Shown: positions 49,910 through 61,257 of the stretch, piece after piece
Position numbering within the stretch: position 1 is the stretch's first letter
Layout of the letters: every line of letters starts with the position of its first letter
Assembly (NCBI GenBank): GCA_963736875.1
Contig: CAVTQH010000002.1
Location: 5,294-69,293 of the forward strand
DNA length: 64,000 nt
Origin: Candidatus Amesbacteria bacterium
GTDB lineage: Bacteria; Patescibacteriota; Microgenomatia; CAZETR01; Amesbacteraceae
Reading direction: 5' to 3'
Translations under genes and position numbers: made by a program
Notes under the pieces: model-generated
Told to the model about the DNA's origin: nothing
The model's database searches: none
Seen by the model: the letters and a program-made list of their open reading frames with translations, nothing else

Positions 49910-51446
49910 ATGAAGCTTTTTCATAAATCTGCCTTGGTTCCGCTTCTTCTTCTGATACTGCTGTTCCCTTTTATCTCAGCAGTCTCCGTTTCTGCCCAAG
50001 CACCCCCTCCTCCCCCTCCAATTCCCGTTCCTACCGGTACCTGGTATCGGCCCACCCTCGAGCAATTCCGTGACAGGGTGGTCATGTCACCGGACGATGA
50101 ACTGTTCGCCGAACGTTATGTTTTTGCCCAGATTAACTGGATCATCCACAGCCTGACTATTCTTTTTGAGATTGACATTTCCTCTACCGAATTTATCGAC
50201 GCTCTGCAACGAAATCTCTCCCAAAATTCCGGCACCGAAGCCCTGGCCAATTACGCCCGCCTCGGACCTGGTGGTTTTCTGATATTTTCCATGGCTGACA
50301 TGCTCGGCACTCCCCCGGCATCCGGTATTGATTCTATTCGGTCCACTCTGGCAAAATTCAGTATTGCCACGCCTGTTCACGCCCAAGACAGGTTATGGTT
50401 ACAATAATCTGACCGGCATCAGAGGTCTTTGGGCGGCAGCCCGCAATACTTCCTACCTCGTTGTTGCTGTGCTTCTGATTGTTGCCGGCTTTATGGTCAT
50501 CCTCCGCCAGAAAATCAGCCCCCAGGCTGTGGTTAGCGTCCAGGTTATTATCCCCCGCCTCGTTACCTCTCTTGTTCTTATTACCTTCTCCTATGCCATC
50601 GCCGGTCTGGTTATTGATATTGTTTATCTTGTGGTCGCCCTTTTTATATCCGCCCTTGCCACCGCCGGGGTAGTCGGCGACTTAGCACAGGCACTAACCT
50701 GGCTCACCGAGCCGGGCTTTTATAAAATGTTTATCACTTTCATTCTTTATTGGATACTTTATTCTGTCAACCCCGGCAATATTATGGATTTATTTCCTTC
50801 CATACTGGGGTTGATTATGGTTGTGGTTGTCTTCTTCCTGCTGCTTCGGGTCTGGTGGATGATGATGAAAAGCTATATCACTTTCATACTTCTGGTTATA
50901 ATCGGTCCGTGGATGATTATGCTCGGAGTTCTCCCCAACAGCAAAACCGGTTTTTCTTCGTGGTTTAGAAATATTATTGCTCAGGCGTCAGTCTTTGTGG
51001 TCGTCCCGATAATGTTTCTTATTGCCCTGATTTTTATGTTCGAAGGAGAGGGTTTTAATATATTCGATCCCCCTTCGATATTCGATGTAATATTTGATTG
51101 GATAATAGCAAATATTCCCTGGGGTCCCGGTAGTCTCAGTGGTGGTGGAAGTCTTGGTGGAACAAATCTGCCGTCTTTTCCGATTTTCCACAGTCCCTCC
51201 AATGAATTTTTCAGATTCCTCGTTTCCTTTGCGGTTTTGTCCTTGATGCCCAAGATTGCAGATATGGTCAGAGACGCTCTCAAAGCTCCCAAGTTCCCCT
51301 ACGGATCCGCTTTCGGTGAAGCCCTCGGACCAGTTTCGTTATTACTGCCCCGGTTGGTCAATTTGCTGGATCTGTTGAAGCAGGATTGGACCAATCAATA
51401 TGCCGAAACGCAACAAGTGCAATATACCGCACGATCGGAAAACTAG
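49910..51446 (+). CDS. VirB6/TrbL-like polytopic membrane protein, frameshifted near 50390
   Basis: LWAAARNTSY...AGFMVILRQKISPQ...LITFSYAIAGLVID; IIGPWMIMLG..P...FSSWFRNIIA; located in the pilin-VirB4 locus. Confidence 0.65.
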
Positions 51447-52013
51447 AAAAGTTGGCCCAACACAACTGGTGGTCTGGTGTGAGCTCCGGTATAATGCTCA
51501 GGATTATTTAAAAGAATTTAACAGATGCTTCCAAAATTCCGACCCCGCCTTACTTAATGCTGGTGATATCATGTCCGGTTTTTCCCTCATGAGCCTCGCC
51601 CTGCGTCGGTAGTCCTGGGCGTGATATAATTCCTTTTTGGGATCAATTTTTAGTCTCTTTAAGGACTTTATTACCCGGTTCCACTTCTCCTTGCTCATAA
51701 AAGGACCGCTTCTTTCCTTGATCTTCTACAATTTGACCGTTGTTTGTTGTTTGAATGTTTTCAATGGTTTTTCTGGTTGCTCAATACTTCCAAATTTCTC
51801 AAATCATTAGGGTCCATCCCAAATCTGGATTGTCAGGTCCCCACGCTGATGCAATTTGCCCCAACACCCCCACCACCCAACCCCTTCTCAACTTCTTCTG
51901 CTCACTTATTCTTGTCTCAATCAACTCCCGTTACTATCATGCACATCCTTGCCCCTGCTAGTCTTTTTCATTTCCTTTTGGATCTACAGTATCAAAAACA
52001 AACCGTGTCAAAC

Positions 52014-55000
52014 TTAAGTTCTCTTCTTCAACTCCTTTTTCTCCCATGTCATTTTAGTCAGCAAGTCAAAAGCCGCGTCTTGTCTGGTTACTTTTACCCA
52101 ATAAGTTTCGAAGCCGTTTTTTCTTAACTTACTAATATTATCAACACCCCCACCATTCCCGCCCAGAATCTCCTCGGCTGATAATATTCTGTTATTTTCC
52201 ACCTCCATGGAATCTCTGATCCACGAAGTTCCAAATCCATCCAGTGAAGCTTTAATTACATCAGGCCCTCTTTTACGTATTCCGCCGTCAATCTTCCACT
52301 GTTTCATATACATCCATTTAGCCATCTTGTCCTCCCCTATCTTGGCCGCTTTATTCCACACAGAGGTCTCTCCCGTCGCCTTGGCTAGGTTTTCTGCAAT
52401 CCTCAGAGCATCCGCAGCCAATTCTTTCTGCTCCTGACTTGTATTATCACCGGCAATCTGGTTAAGCATCCATTTTTTAATTATTGCCTGATTGGTAGGA
52501 TTTTCACCATACAAATTACCCGTAATCGATGTTACTTTATCTTGTCCTCGGATTATTCCCAGTTCTCTGCACCTTTTTTCATACTTCCCTGGGTCATGTA
52601 CCTCCTGCAATAAATTCCACGCCTGGCTTACTTTTATTCCCCTGCTGTCTAACTTCAAAATCCTTTCCACTACCATTTCATTTACCGCCAAGCCAAAAAC
52701 CTGACGCAGGCTTGAAACTTTACCGATTATATCTTTAGGTGCCGCTTTACCCTGCACCACTTCAGAGCCGGCCATCCAGACTGATAACCTGTCCATAATC
52801 TCTTCTCTTAAGGCCGGATCAACATTCTCATGATTGGCTATCGCTTTCAGATTATTTATCCTTTGCATCACATCAGCTGACTGAAAAAGGCTGGTCTCTG
52901 TAACTCTCAACTCCTGCCTAATCCGTTTTACCATTTCTTCCGGACTCAAAACCTGTTCTGCTTGGTTTTCTCCGGGTTTATTCTTCTCCGATTCCGCATC
53001 CGCCCAACTTTTCAGTGCCGGGTCGTTTTGAATCCTCCAGGAAACTGCCCGATCTGCTAACTGGTCTAAAAGTAATAATGTCTCCGGTGTAGACACCGAT
53101 CCCCATCCTAAAAATCTTTGTTCCCTCTCCAGTTCATCAATTCTGTCTCTTCTGTTTCCCGGAATACCCCTCTTGTCTTCCGCTCTCAACTCTGCCAGAC
53201 GCCACTGCCTTACCACGCCTTCAAACCACGCATCTCTAATCCCCTCAGCTACACCTTGACCGTCCGGTGTAGCTTTCCGGATTGGTTCCAAATCCCTCGC
53301 CATTTTACTTATCATGTCCTGCCTTGGCAGACCTGAGGTCTGTACTTCTACCCAATAATTATCATCCCCTACCAGCCGGCTCATTACCGCCCTTACTCCC
53401 TGTTTTGCCCCATCAAACATGCCTTTGTCCGGATCGTACTCATTATTCCCATGCCGGCTTGTGGCCTCCACTGAAGCATTTTTCACCCTCAAAGCTTCAT
53501 CAAATTTTGCCTTCTCTTCAGCTCTCAGTACATCATATGATCTCCAGTTTTGTTTAATGAAATCGTAGGCTTCCTGAAAATTACCAGGCTTAATTTCGGC
53601 TTCTTCGGGTTTAGGTGCCTCCTTTGGTTTTTCCTCTTCTTTTTCTTTGGGTTTCTCTACTCTTTCTGTTTCTTTCTTCCCCTGCCTGGTTTCCTTCCTG
53701 CCTTTTAAAAACTTTTTCAGTTGTGCCTCAACAAAAGGCTCCAACACCTCAGCCCCTAACTCCGCCGCCTCCAGCCCCAAAACCCTTCTTAGAAAGTGGT
53801 CGAACTTATCCTCTTTCGATACCCCCCCGACTTCTTCCTCCTCCCTTTTTTTCTCTTCATCGGTTACATAATTTCTTACATCCCGCCATTTAAATCCTGC
53901 TTCTTTTTCCATGGGTTTGGTTGTCTGGAAAACTTGCGGTTCCGGATATAAGGGATCCTCTGCTTTTAACCTGGCCGCCAGTCGTGTCATTTCTAACTTC
54001 CCGTACCCTACCAGCTTTTGTGCTTCCTCTGGTTTTATCTGTCCTTCTTTCACCATGTCTCGCAAGTGTTCCTGCACTGCTTTTTCCGTCTCATCCCGAG
54101 CCTGCACCAGTCTTTCTGTTAATTTAACGTCTGAACCCCTGTCTCCCTCTGGCATTTCCAATATTTCTTCTACCACCTCGGCGCTGATTACCCTGTTCAA
54201 TCCCAAGGCACTGGCCCGATTGATTCTCTCTGCCACTTCATTTCTTTTTACCAAGTTGTCGGGGTTCTCCAGCATTTCGTCGTACGCTTTTATAAATCCC
54301 TCATTCCCAAGATTTTGTAAACTGGCTCTTTCCTTTCCGATTCTGAAGTAGTCAACTGTTGACTTTGCCTCCCTATCCTCTTCTGTCTCTTTTTTCCCCT
54401 CCTCTTCTTTGTTTTCCTCGCCAATCATTACTCCCCGCCCCCCTCTCCCGCTAGACTTGCTTTCCGCCACCGGAATTCCTGAAATATCGGTAACCCTGAG
54501 TCTTTTATCCTGGCTGTCGAGATTATCTTTTAAATGGTCGGGTGCTTTACTGCTGTACAGAAACTTCACCCTGACCTCGTCTTTTATCACCGTTTCCAGC
54601 ATTGTTTGTTGGTCATTATTAAGACCCGACGAATCAGCTATTCTTTTTGCTATCTCTGGCGCATCACTTCCTGTTTCCGGCTTTTGTCCGGCCTCTATCG
54701 TTTTTTCCACCGACTCAATCCCCTCCCTGACTTGTTTTAGATTGTCTCCCAGCTTATCCGATACCTCCTGCCATCTTCTGGCCTTTTCGTTACGCAGTTG
54801 ACTCAACTCAGTCCCGCTGGTTGTTGTCTGCATTGTTCGGAATAACTCTCCCAAACTGATTCTCTCTAATTCTGAGTTTCCCCCAGACCCTCCCCCTCTT
54901 TCCCTCAGACCGTCTGCCAACATTCCCCCTTTTTGCTCAAACCTGTTTATTTTTACCTGGGAACGGGCTCCGCCATCTTTGATCAATACTTCAGAATTCA

Positions 55001-55016
55001 TACCTGTTTCATCCAT
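52014..55016 (-). CDS. Large charged hypothetical protein, antisense within the T4SS locus; may extend to about 51450 across indels
   Basis: 1000-aa Glu/Lys-rich ORF; no motif recognised. Confidence 0.6.
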   Translation of the reverse strand: MDETGMNSEVLIKDGGARSQVKINRFEQKGGMLADGLRERGGGSGGNSELERISLGELFRTMQTTTSGTELSQLRNEKARRWQEVSDKLGDNLKQVREGIESVEKTIEAGQKPETGSDAPEIAKRIADSSGLNNDQQTMLETVIKDEVRVKFLYSSKAPDHLKDNLDSQDKRLRVTDISGIPVAESKSSGRGGRGVMIGEENKEEEGKKETEEDREAKSTVDYFRIGKERASLQNLGNEGFIKAYDEMLENPDNLVKRNEVAERINRASALGLNRVISAEVVEEILEMPEGDRGSDVKLTERLVQARDETEKAVQEHLRDMVKEGQIKPEEAQKLVGYGKLEMTRLAARLKAEDPLYPEPQVFQTTKPMEKEAGFKWRDVRNYVTDEEKKREEEEVGGVSKEDKFDHFLRRVLGLEAAELGAEVLEPFVEAQLKKFLKGRKETRQGKKETERVEKPKEKEEEKPKEAPKPEEAEIKPGNFQEAYDFIKQNWRSYDVLRAEEKAKFDEALRVKNASVEATSRHGNNEYDPDKGMFDGAKQGVRAVMSRLVGDDNYWVEVQTSGLPRQDMISKMARDLEPIRKATPDGQGVAEGIRDAWFEGVVRQWRLAELRAEDKRGIPGNRRDRIDELEREQRFLGWGSVSTPETLLLLDQLADRAVSWRIQNDPALKSWADAESEKNKPGENQAEQVLSPEEMVKRIRQELRVTETSLFQSADVMQRINNLKAIANHENVDPALREEIMDRLSVWMAGSEVVQGKAAPKDIIGKVSSLRQVFGLAVNEMVVERILKLDSRGIKVSQAWNLLQEVHDPGKYEKRCRELGIIRGQDKVTSITGNLYGENPTNQAIIKKWMLNQIAGDNTSQEQKELAADALRIAENLAKATGETSVWNKAAKIGEDKMAKWMYMKQWKIDGGIRKRGPDVIKASLDGFGTSWIRDSMEVENNRILSAEEILGGNGGGVDNISKLRKNGFETYWVKVTRQDAAFDLLTKMTWEKKELKKRT

Positions 55017-55162
55017 AATTTAAGTATACCACCCATTTTACCATCCAACTACCACTATAGGCTAGTGATTAAAGACGGTATCTTTCCATATCTTTATATC
55101 AACATGTGAAAACTTTATCTTGCAAACTAGGCTTCATGCGGTAGGATTAATCAAGCCACATC

Positions 55163-56131
55163 ATGGATAATCATCCTGTCCCCCAAAATATTTCCTCTTA
55201 CGAGTTCCGGCTGGTGGGAGACATGACTCTCAAACAATTTCTCCAGTTGGCAGCCGGAATCGTTATAGGTGTCTTATTCTTCCGTCTTCCGGTTCTCCCC
55301 ATCATCAAATACCCGCTCTCTTTTATATCCGTCCTGATCGGATTTCTCATGGCCTTCGTCCCCATCAACGGCCGTCCTTTTACTTCCTGGCTGGTCGCCT
55401 TTTTCAAAGCCGTCTATTCTCCGACTGAATATGTCTGGATACCGGATCCCGAAGTTGTCCTTCCTCCCCCGGTCATCACACCACCAACTGCCGCTCCTGC
55501 CCCTGTTCAGGCTCCCGTTAAAGAAGAGTCGCTCCCCATGTCACCCCCGCTGATTATTCCTTCCTCCCCACTTCCCGCTCCCTCCGTGCCCCCTTCCCCT
55601 TTCTCCCGTATGGCCGGCATCGCCACCACTCAAACCACCCGTGCTCCCGGTGAAAAAGTCCCTGTTCCCGCACCAGTTCCTTCCCCGCCCCCTCCGCCAC
55701 CTGCTCCCCCAAAGGCTCCTTCCATGGTAGAAAAAATTACCCCGCCGCCGCCCGCCGCTCCGGCTGCTCCGCTGAAATTCACCGCTCCTCCATCAAACAC
55801 CCCCCCTTCACCTGTCTCTTCTGCTCCCTCCGCATCCGTCACTTCCATGATCTCTGCGCCAACCAGCCCCAACATTCTCGCCGGACTGGTTATTGACCCC
55901 CAGGGCCAGCCCCTGCCCAACGCTACGGTTGAAATAATTGACACCCAAACCGGCATCCCCGCCCGGGCTTTGCGTTCCAACAAGCTTGGCCAGTTCCAGA
56001 TTGCCATTCCCCTCCCGGCGGGTACTTATAATGTGGTTGCCGAAAAAGAGGGTTCCGGTTTTGATCCGGTTTCTGTTTCGGTTAAAGGCGGCGTGGTCCC
56101 TCCGGTTATTATCCAGGGCAAAAAAATATGA
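55163..56131 (+). CDS. PrgI-family protein with a Pro-rich linker and a carboxypeptidase-regulatory-like domain
   Basis: HPVPQNISSYEFRLVGDMTLKQF, PINGRP..W...F; GLVIDPQGQPLPNATVEI. Confidence 0.85.
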   Translation: MDNHPVPQNISSYEFRLVGDMTLKQFLQLAAGIVIGVLFFRLPVLPIIKYPLSFISVLIGFLMAFVPINGRPFTSWLVAFFKAVYSPTEYVWIPDPEVVLPPPVITPPTAAPAPVQAPVKEESLPMSPPLIIPSSPLPAPSVPPSPFSRMAGIATTQTTRAPGEKVPVPAPVPSPPPPPPAPPKAPSMVEKITPPPPAAPAAPLKFTAPPSNTPPSPVSSAPSASVTSMISAPTSPNILAGLVIDPQGQPLPNATVEIIDTQTGIPARALRSNKLGQFQIAIPLPAGTYNVVAEKEGSGFDPVSVSVKGGVVPPVIIQGKKI

Positions 56132-56799
56132 ATCCCCAAATCCATACCCGGACTCAGGACCATCTCGACATCGACGACATTATTAACGATATTATTATTT
56201 TAAAAGACGGGTCAGCCGCTCTGGTTCTCCAAGTCAGTGCCGTCAATTTCGGCCTGCTTTCGGAAAAAGAGCAGGATGCCACCATCTATGCTTATGCCCA
56301 GCTTTTAAACTCCCTCACTTTCTCCATCCAGATTGTGATTATCAGCAAACGCAAGGATATTTCAGTCTACCTGGATAAACTTGATGCTTATCTGGCTCAA
56401 ATCACTACCCCCAAACTAAAGGACGAGCTCTCAAAATACCGCGATTTCGTCAAAGCCATCGTCAATCAGGGAAATGTCCTTGATAAAAAATTCTATATCG
56501 TTATTCCCTTCAGCTCCATGGAGTTGGGTTTGGGTTCTTCCCTCAAGTCTCTCGGTAACCCCAATGCAAAATCCACCGTTCCCAAAGAATATCTTGTCGA
56601 CCGAGCAGCCACCAACCTCGCTCCCAAACGGGATCATCTTTTCAGGCTTCTGGCGCGTATCGGTCTGAAAGGCCATCAGTTAACCTCGTCCGAGCTTCTT
56701 CAGTTGTTCTTCGATATCTATAATCCGAACTGGATCGGTACCCGGGTTACTCTTCCCCATTCATCTGAAATTTTACCTAAAGCCGAAGAAAAAATATGA
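56128..56799 (+). CDS. Conserved VirB4-associated protein (TraC/VirB4 N-terminal-like)
   Basis: IIILKDG...VLQVSAVNFGLLSEKEQ...Y..LLNSL.F.IQI, KKFYIVIP; translationally coupled to virB4. Confidence 0.65.
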   Translation: MNPQIHTRTQDHLDIDDIINDIIILKDGSAALVLQVSAVNFGLLSEKEQDATIYAYAQLLNSLTFSIQIVIISKRKDISVYLDKLDAYLAQITTPKLKDELSKYRDFVKAIVNQGNVLDKKFYIVIPFSSMELGLGSSLKSLGNPNAKSTVPKEYLVDRAATNLAPKRDHLFRLLARIGLKGHQLTSSELLQLFFDIYNPNWIGTRVTLPHSSEILPKAEEKI

Positions 56800-58649
56800 G
56801 TCTTCTTTCCCCCAAAAAATCCGCATCTCCCAAAACAGCGCCGGTTCAGCCTGAAAATAAAGAATCACCCCCCACTAAAGATTTAGCCCTGGCCAAAACC
56901 GTCAGGGACATCATTGCTCCCCAATCTCTGACTATTGATTTCAATACACTTAAAATTAACGAGTCATACTTTCGCAGTTTTTTTACCACCATCAACCGCC
57001 GCTTTGTTTCCAGTAACTGGCTTAGCTCCATCATTAACTTCGATCACTCCTTAAATATCTCCATGTTTATCTATCCGGTCGAAAGCAAATCCACTCTTGA
57101 TGACCTGCGCCGAAAAATAGCTGAAATGGAAGCCGAAATTAGTACCGATATGCAGCGCGGCCATGTGGTCGATCCGTCCACCCAGGCCAAGCTTGAAGAC
57201 GCCCTGTCTCTTCAGGATACATTAGTCAAAGGCATTGAACGTTTCTTCCAATTCTCGCTATATCTGACCATTCCCGCCGATTCTGCCTCGGAGCTGGAAA
57301 CTGTCAGTAAACAGGTATCAAGTAATCTTTCCTCTCTTCTGGTTTCCTCCATTCCCACTCTCCTGCAGCAGGCTGAGGGTTTCAAAAATACTCTCCCCAC
57401 CTGTATCGACCACCTCATGGTCACCCGCAACATGGATACTACTTCACTGGCAACCACTTTTCCTTTTACTTCATCCGAACTGACCAGCAATGAAGGTATT
57501 TTATACGGCATCAACCAGCACAACGGCAGCCTGGTTATTTTTGACCGGTTTACTCTTGAGAACGCCAACACTGTGGTTTTTGCCAAAGCGGGCGCCGGAA
57601 AATCTTATACCATCAAACTGGAAATTCTCCGTTCCCTGATGTTCGGAACTGAAATTATTGTCATCGATCCTGAAAATGAATATAAAACATTATGTGACGC
57701 CGTGGGTGGCGACTACATCAACTTTTCCTATAACTCCCAAAACCGGATCAATCCTTTTGATTTGTCTCTCCTTACTCAATACTCCGAAGAAAACGAGCTC
57801 AACCTTAAAATTCAGTCTCTTTTTTCCATGTTTAAGGTGATTATGGGTACCCTTTCTCCCACTGAAGAAGCTCTCCTTGACCGGGCAATAAATCAGGCTT
57901 ACAGAATGAAAGGTATTACCGCCGACCCTACTACTCAAAAACGCCCTCCTCCCCTCATGGAAGACCTGTACAAGTCCTTTATCGGTATGGAGGAGCCACT
58001 GGCCATCTCTCTGGCTGACCGCATTGAACGGTTCGTCAAAGGCAGCTTTACTGGCATCATAGACCAACCCAGTAATATTCAGATCAAAAACCAGTTTACG
58101 GTATTTTCAGTCCGTGATCTGGAAGACTCTTTAAAACCCATCGCCATTTTTCTTATTCTTGACTACATCTGGACCAAAATGCGCCGTGATCTCAAAAAGC
58201 GCATTCTGGTGGTTGATGAAGCCTGGTATCTCATGCGTTATCCGGATTCCGCTAATTTTCTTTACGGTGTGGCCAAAAGAGCCCGGAAATATTTCCTGGG
58301 ACTGACTACTATTACCCAGGATGTGGAAGACTTTTTAAATACCGATTTCGGCAAGGCTATTGTCACCAACTCTTCCATCCAGATTCTGATGAAGCAATCC
58401 CCTGCAGGAGTCGATAAAATCGCCCAGGTTTTCTATCTTTCCGAAGGAGAAAAACATCTTCTTTTAAGTGCCGGTGTGGGTGAAGGTCTCTTCTTTGCCG
58501 GCAATAACCACGTAGCCGTCCGCTTTGTTGCTTCACCGGATGAACATAAGTTGATTACCACCAAACCCTCGGAAATTCTTGCAAGGCAGCAAGCCCAAGC
58601 ATCCGCCAAAAATCCTCCCCGTCTAATTACCGAAACCGAAAAAGCATGA
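56796..58649 (+). CDS. virB4: VirB4-like type IV secretion ATPase
   Basis: GILYGIN, Walker A FAKAGAGKSY, IIVIDPENEY, INPFDL, Walker B ILVVDEAW, RARKY, ITQDVEDF. Confidence 0.9.
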   Translation: MSLLSPKKSASPKTAPVQPENKESPPTKDLALAKTVRDIIAPQSLTIDFNTLKINESYFRSFFTTINRRFVSSNWLSSIINFDHSLNISMFIYPVESKSTLDDLRRKIAEMEAEISTDMQRGHVVDPSTQAKLEDALSLQDTLVKGIERFFQFSLYLTIPADSASELETVSKQVSSNLSSLLVSSIPTLLQQAEGFKNTLPTCIDHLMVTRNMDTTSLATTFPFTSSELTSNEGILYGINQHNGSLVIFDRFTLENANTVVFAKAGAGKSYTIKLEILRSLMFGTEIIVIDPENEYKTLCDAVGGDYINFSYNSQNRINPFDLSLLTQYSEENELNLKIQSLFSMFKVIMGTLSPTEEALLDRAINQAYRMKGITADPTTQKRPPPLMEDLYKSFIGMEEPLAISLADRIERFVKGSFTGIIDQPSNIQIKNQFTVFSVRDLEDSLKPIAIFLILDYIWTKMRRDLKKRILVVDEAWYLMRYPDSANFLYGVAKRARKYFLGLTTITQDVEDFLNTDFGKAIVTNSSIQILMKQSPAGVDKIAQVFYLSEGEKHLLLSAGVGEGLFFAGNNHVAVRFVASPDEHKLITTKPSEILARQQAQASAKNPPRLITETEKA

Positions 58650-58927
58650 TTTTTTCCTTTCCTGCCCACCTGGACCACTCTGTTGTCAGTGAGCTGGAAA
58701 ACTATATTATCAATATCTGCAACTCCTGCCCCACCCTGGAAAACATTACCGCCGGTTCTGCCCCCATATGGGATTGGGCCAGCCAAATTCTTAAAAAAAG
58801 CCCCGCCGAGCTTCATCATGAAATCGAAACCCATGAAGCAGGTGAGCATTTTTCCGATCCTTATCTTGAAGAAAAAGATGATTTATTAAAACTGCCGTTA
58901 ATTTTATTAGAAAAACTCAACACTTAG
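58646..58927 (+). CDS. Hypothetical protein coupled to virB4
   Basis: 93-aa ORF with an ATGA overlap. Confidence 0.55.
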   Translation: MIFSFPAHLDHSVVSELENYIINICNSCPTLENITAGSAPIWDWASQILKKSPAELHHEIETHEAGEHFSDPYLEEKDDLLKLPLILLEKLNT

Positions 58928-58942
58928 TTTTATAGTTAAGTT

Positions 58943-61240
58943 ATGATCCCGACATCCGCCACTTCCACAACTGATCTTCTCCGAAATTACCAGCAGCCGG
59001 GACTGAAAGCCTTCAGCGCTATTCTTTCTCAAACATCACTCCCCCCCACCCAGGCAGCTAAATTATTAGAGCATTTGGATCAGAAAAACATTCTTTTTGT
59101 AGCCTATGCCATAGCTAAAAATTCTCTTGCCCCGGGTCAGGAAAAAGACCTGGATCGTGTAGCTCAAAACTTAATCCCTATCCTCCAGTCTGCTGTTGAT
59201 TTGTCCCAAAGAGAACTTAATCTCAGTCCTGAACAGGTGGTAAGTGTTCAGCAAAACTTGGGTGATCTTTCTCAAAAACCCGAAGAAACTAAAGAATTTT
59301 ATCAGCAGTTTGAAAAGGAATATCCAGAAGAGCAGACAAAGCGCCCGGAAAACTATGAATCTTCTCATGGAGGTTCAAACCCCTTATTGGATCACGTAAA
59401 AAATCAGGCAGATAAAGCTGTCAAAAAAAAGGTCAAGGAAATCTGGGAAAATTTTAAAAAATCTCCCACCGGTAAAACCGTTAAAACACCCCCAACCCCC
59501 GCACCTGCTCAGGGAGTTTCTACAACAGTGTTACCAACCACCGGAACTACGGTCACAATTTCAACCGGTGAAGACGCTGTTTTAGGCACCGCCGCTGCCG
59601 CGAAAGCTTTAACCGGGGTCCCACAAACAATTACCCGTATATCCCCGCTAAACATCAGCCTTCGTCCCACTCCCCCAATTCCAGTTTCAGGAGCTCCACC
59701 TCCTCCTGTAGGTGCAATTTCGGGAAAAATTGTTGGTTTTTCCGTAAACCCTCAAACCTCTTTATCAGGAATAATTCCTCGGGAATATATGTCCTTCGGA
59801 ATTCTCAAACAAATACCCGCAACTGAAGCAGTTAAAAACTTCGGACTGAACATGGCTTCGGAAGGAACTAAATTCTTTCAAATTACCGAAAAAGGGGCCA
59901 TGTTGGCTTCAAAAATACCCTCAATTGGGTCCTCTCTTGGTTCATATATTCCCGGCTCCGCCGGTATTACAACCCTAGTATCCACACCCACCAGCACCAT
60001 TGCTGTTTCTGGAATCAGTACTTCAGGAGGGGTTACTATTGGTACAGCAACCACAATAGGTACCACCGGACTGACCACTATTGGGACTACTGGACTCACC
60101 GCTGTAGGTACTACCACTGCCACAGCAGTAGGGACTACTGCTGTTACCACCACCGCCACAGCTGTAGGTACTACCGCTGTCACAACAGTGGGTACTGCCG
60201 CCGTTACCACAGCCGCCACAACCACAGCAGCTGCAACCACCGGTGTTGCTACAGGCGCAACTGTAGGAGCCGCCGCCGGTGGCCCGACTCCTGTAGCAAT
60301 TGTCACTGCAATAATCGGAGCCATTATTGGCTTGATCGCCGGTTTAATCCCAAGTATTTATAAAAAATTTAAGGATTATTTTGATGCTATAGTGGGTGCG
60401 ACTTTGGTTATAATCTTCGGTTCATTCGCTGGTTTGGGTTTTTTACCGGCACTGGCCCTTGGTGGTATGACAGGTGGTTTTATGGCTTTAACCAATACCT
60501 CAATTGTGGGTGCCATCTCCGGTCTTGGTAATTCTCTTGTTGATATTGCTAAGGGTGTCAGTGTCACCACGGCGGTTGCCTTTTTTTTAGCAGCAATTAT
60601 CCTTCCTGCTGTAGTCGCAATAATTATTTTCTTCATCAACACTGGGGGTTACGTCACCCCACAAGCTCCTGTTTCTTTCTTTGACCCTGGTGGAGGTTTT
60701 GCTGATCCCACAAGCTGCCCTATTTTGGGTGGTTATGTCACCTGGGGATCATATGACCCCACCAATGAAAATAGTGGTTCCGCCGGAGGACATGGTAGTA
60801 ATTCTTACTGGAGTGGATTAGCTGCTTGCTCATATGCTCTTCCCCAAAGCACTGGTTGTATGGGTCCAAACAGCAATCCCGCTAACATTTGTTATGGCGC
60901 TGGTAATCAATGTACTGAATATGGATACGCCGCGGATATTCACGCTGTCTCAGGCACCCCTGTCTATCTTCCACTCGTTGATGGTCAACCAGCAAACTGG
61001 AGTTGTCACCGTGCTTTTCAAAACCCTGGTGGAGCCGGTTTTACAATTTACTGCGATACAAGCGATGGCAATGTTCACCTGGTCCTTACCCACGTTAACG
61101 ACGCTTCTCCCCTGACCAACGTTCCGTCTGGAACTCAAGTGTCCACAATTGATTGGGATGCAAATCCCCATTTACATATGGAGGCTCAGGTGGGTGGTGT
61201 TTGGGTTAGACCTGAAAATTATTTTTGTGGTGGAACCTAA
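58943..61240 (+). CDS. Large membrane protein with a Thr/Ala/Val/Gly repeat tract, TM bundle and C-terminal M23-like peptidase domain
   Basis: TAVGTT-like repeats at about 60030-60260; YAADI..VSGTPVYLP, LTHV, PHLHME (HxH). Confidence 0.65.
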   Translation: MIPTSATSTTDLLRNYQQPGLKAFSAILSQTSLPPTQAAKLLEHLDQKNILFVAYAIAKNSLAPGQEKDLDRVAQNLIPILQSAVDLSQRELNLSPEQVVSVQQNLGDLSQKPEETKEFYQQFEKEYPEEQTKRPENYESSHGGSNPLLDHVKNQADKAVKKKVKEIWENFKKSPTGKTVKTPPTPAPAQGVSTTVLPTTGTTVTISTGEDAVLGTAAAAKALTGVPQTITRISPLNISLRPTPPIPVSGAPPPPVGAISGKIVGFSVNPQTSLSGIIPREYMSFGILKQIPATEAVKNFGLNMASEGTKFFQITEKGAMLASKIPSIGSSLGSYIPGSAGITTLVSTPTSTIAVSGISTSGGVTIGTATTIGTTGLTTIGTTGLTAVGTTTATAVGTTAVTTTATAVGTTAVTTVGTAAVTTAATTTAAATTGVATGATVGAAAGGPTPVAIVTAIIGAIIGLIAGLIPSIYKKFKDYFDAIVGATLVIIFGSFAGLGFLPALALGGMTGGFMALTNTSIVGAISGLGNSLVDIAKGVSVTTAVAFFLAAIILPAVVAIIIFFINTGGYVTPQAPVSFFDPGGGFADPTSCPILGGYVTWGSYDPTNENSGSAGGHGSNSYWSGLAACSYALPQSTGCMGPNSNPANICYGAGNQCTEYGYAADIHAVSGTPVYLPLVDGQPANWSCHRAFQNPGGAGFTIYCDTSDGNVHLVLTHVNDASPLTNVPSGTQVSTIDWDANPHLHMEAQVGGVWVRPENYFCGGT

Positions 61241-61257
61241 AGTGTAAAATATCAAGT

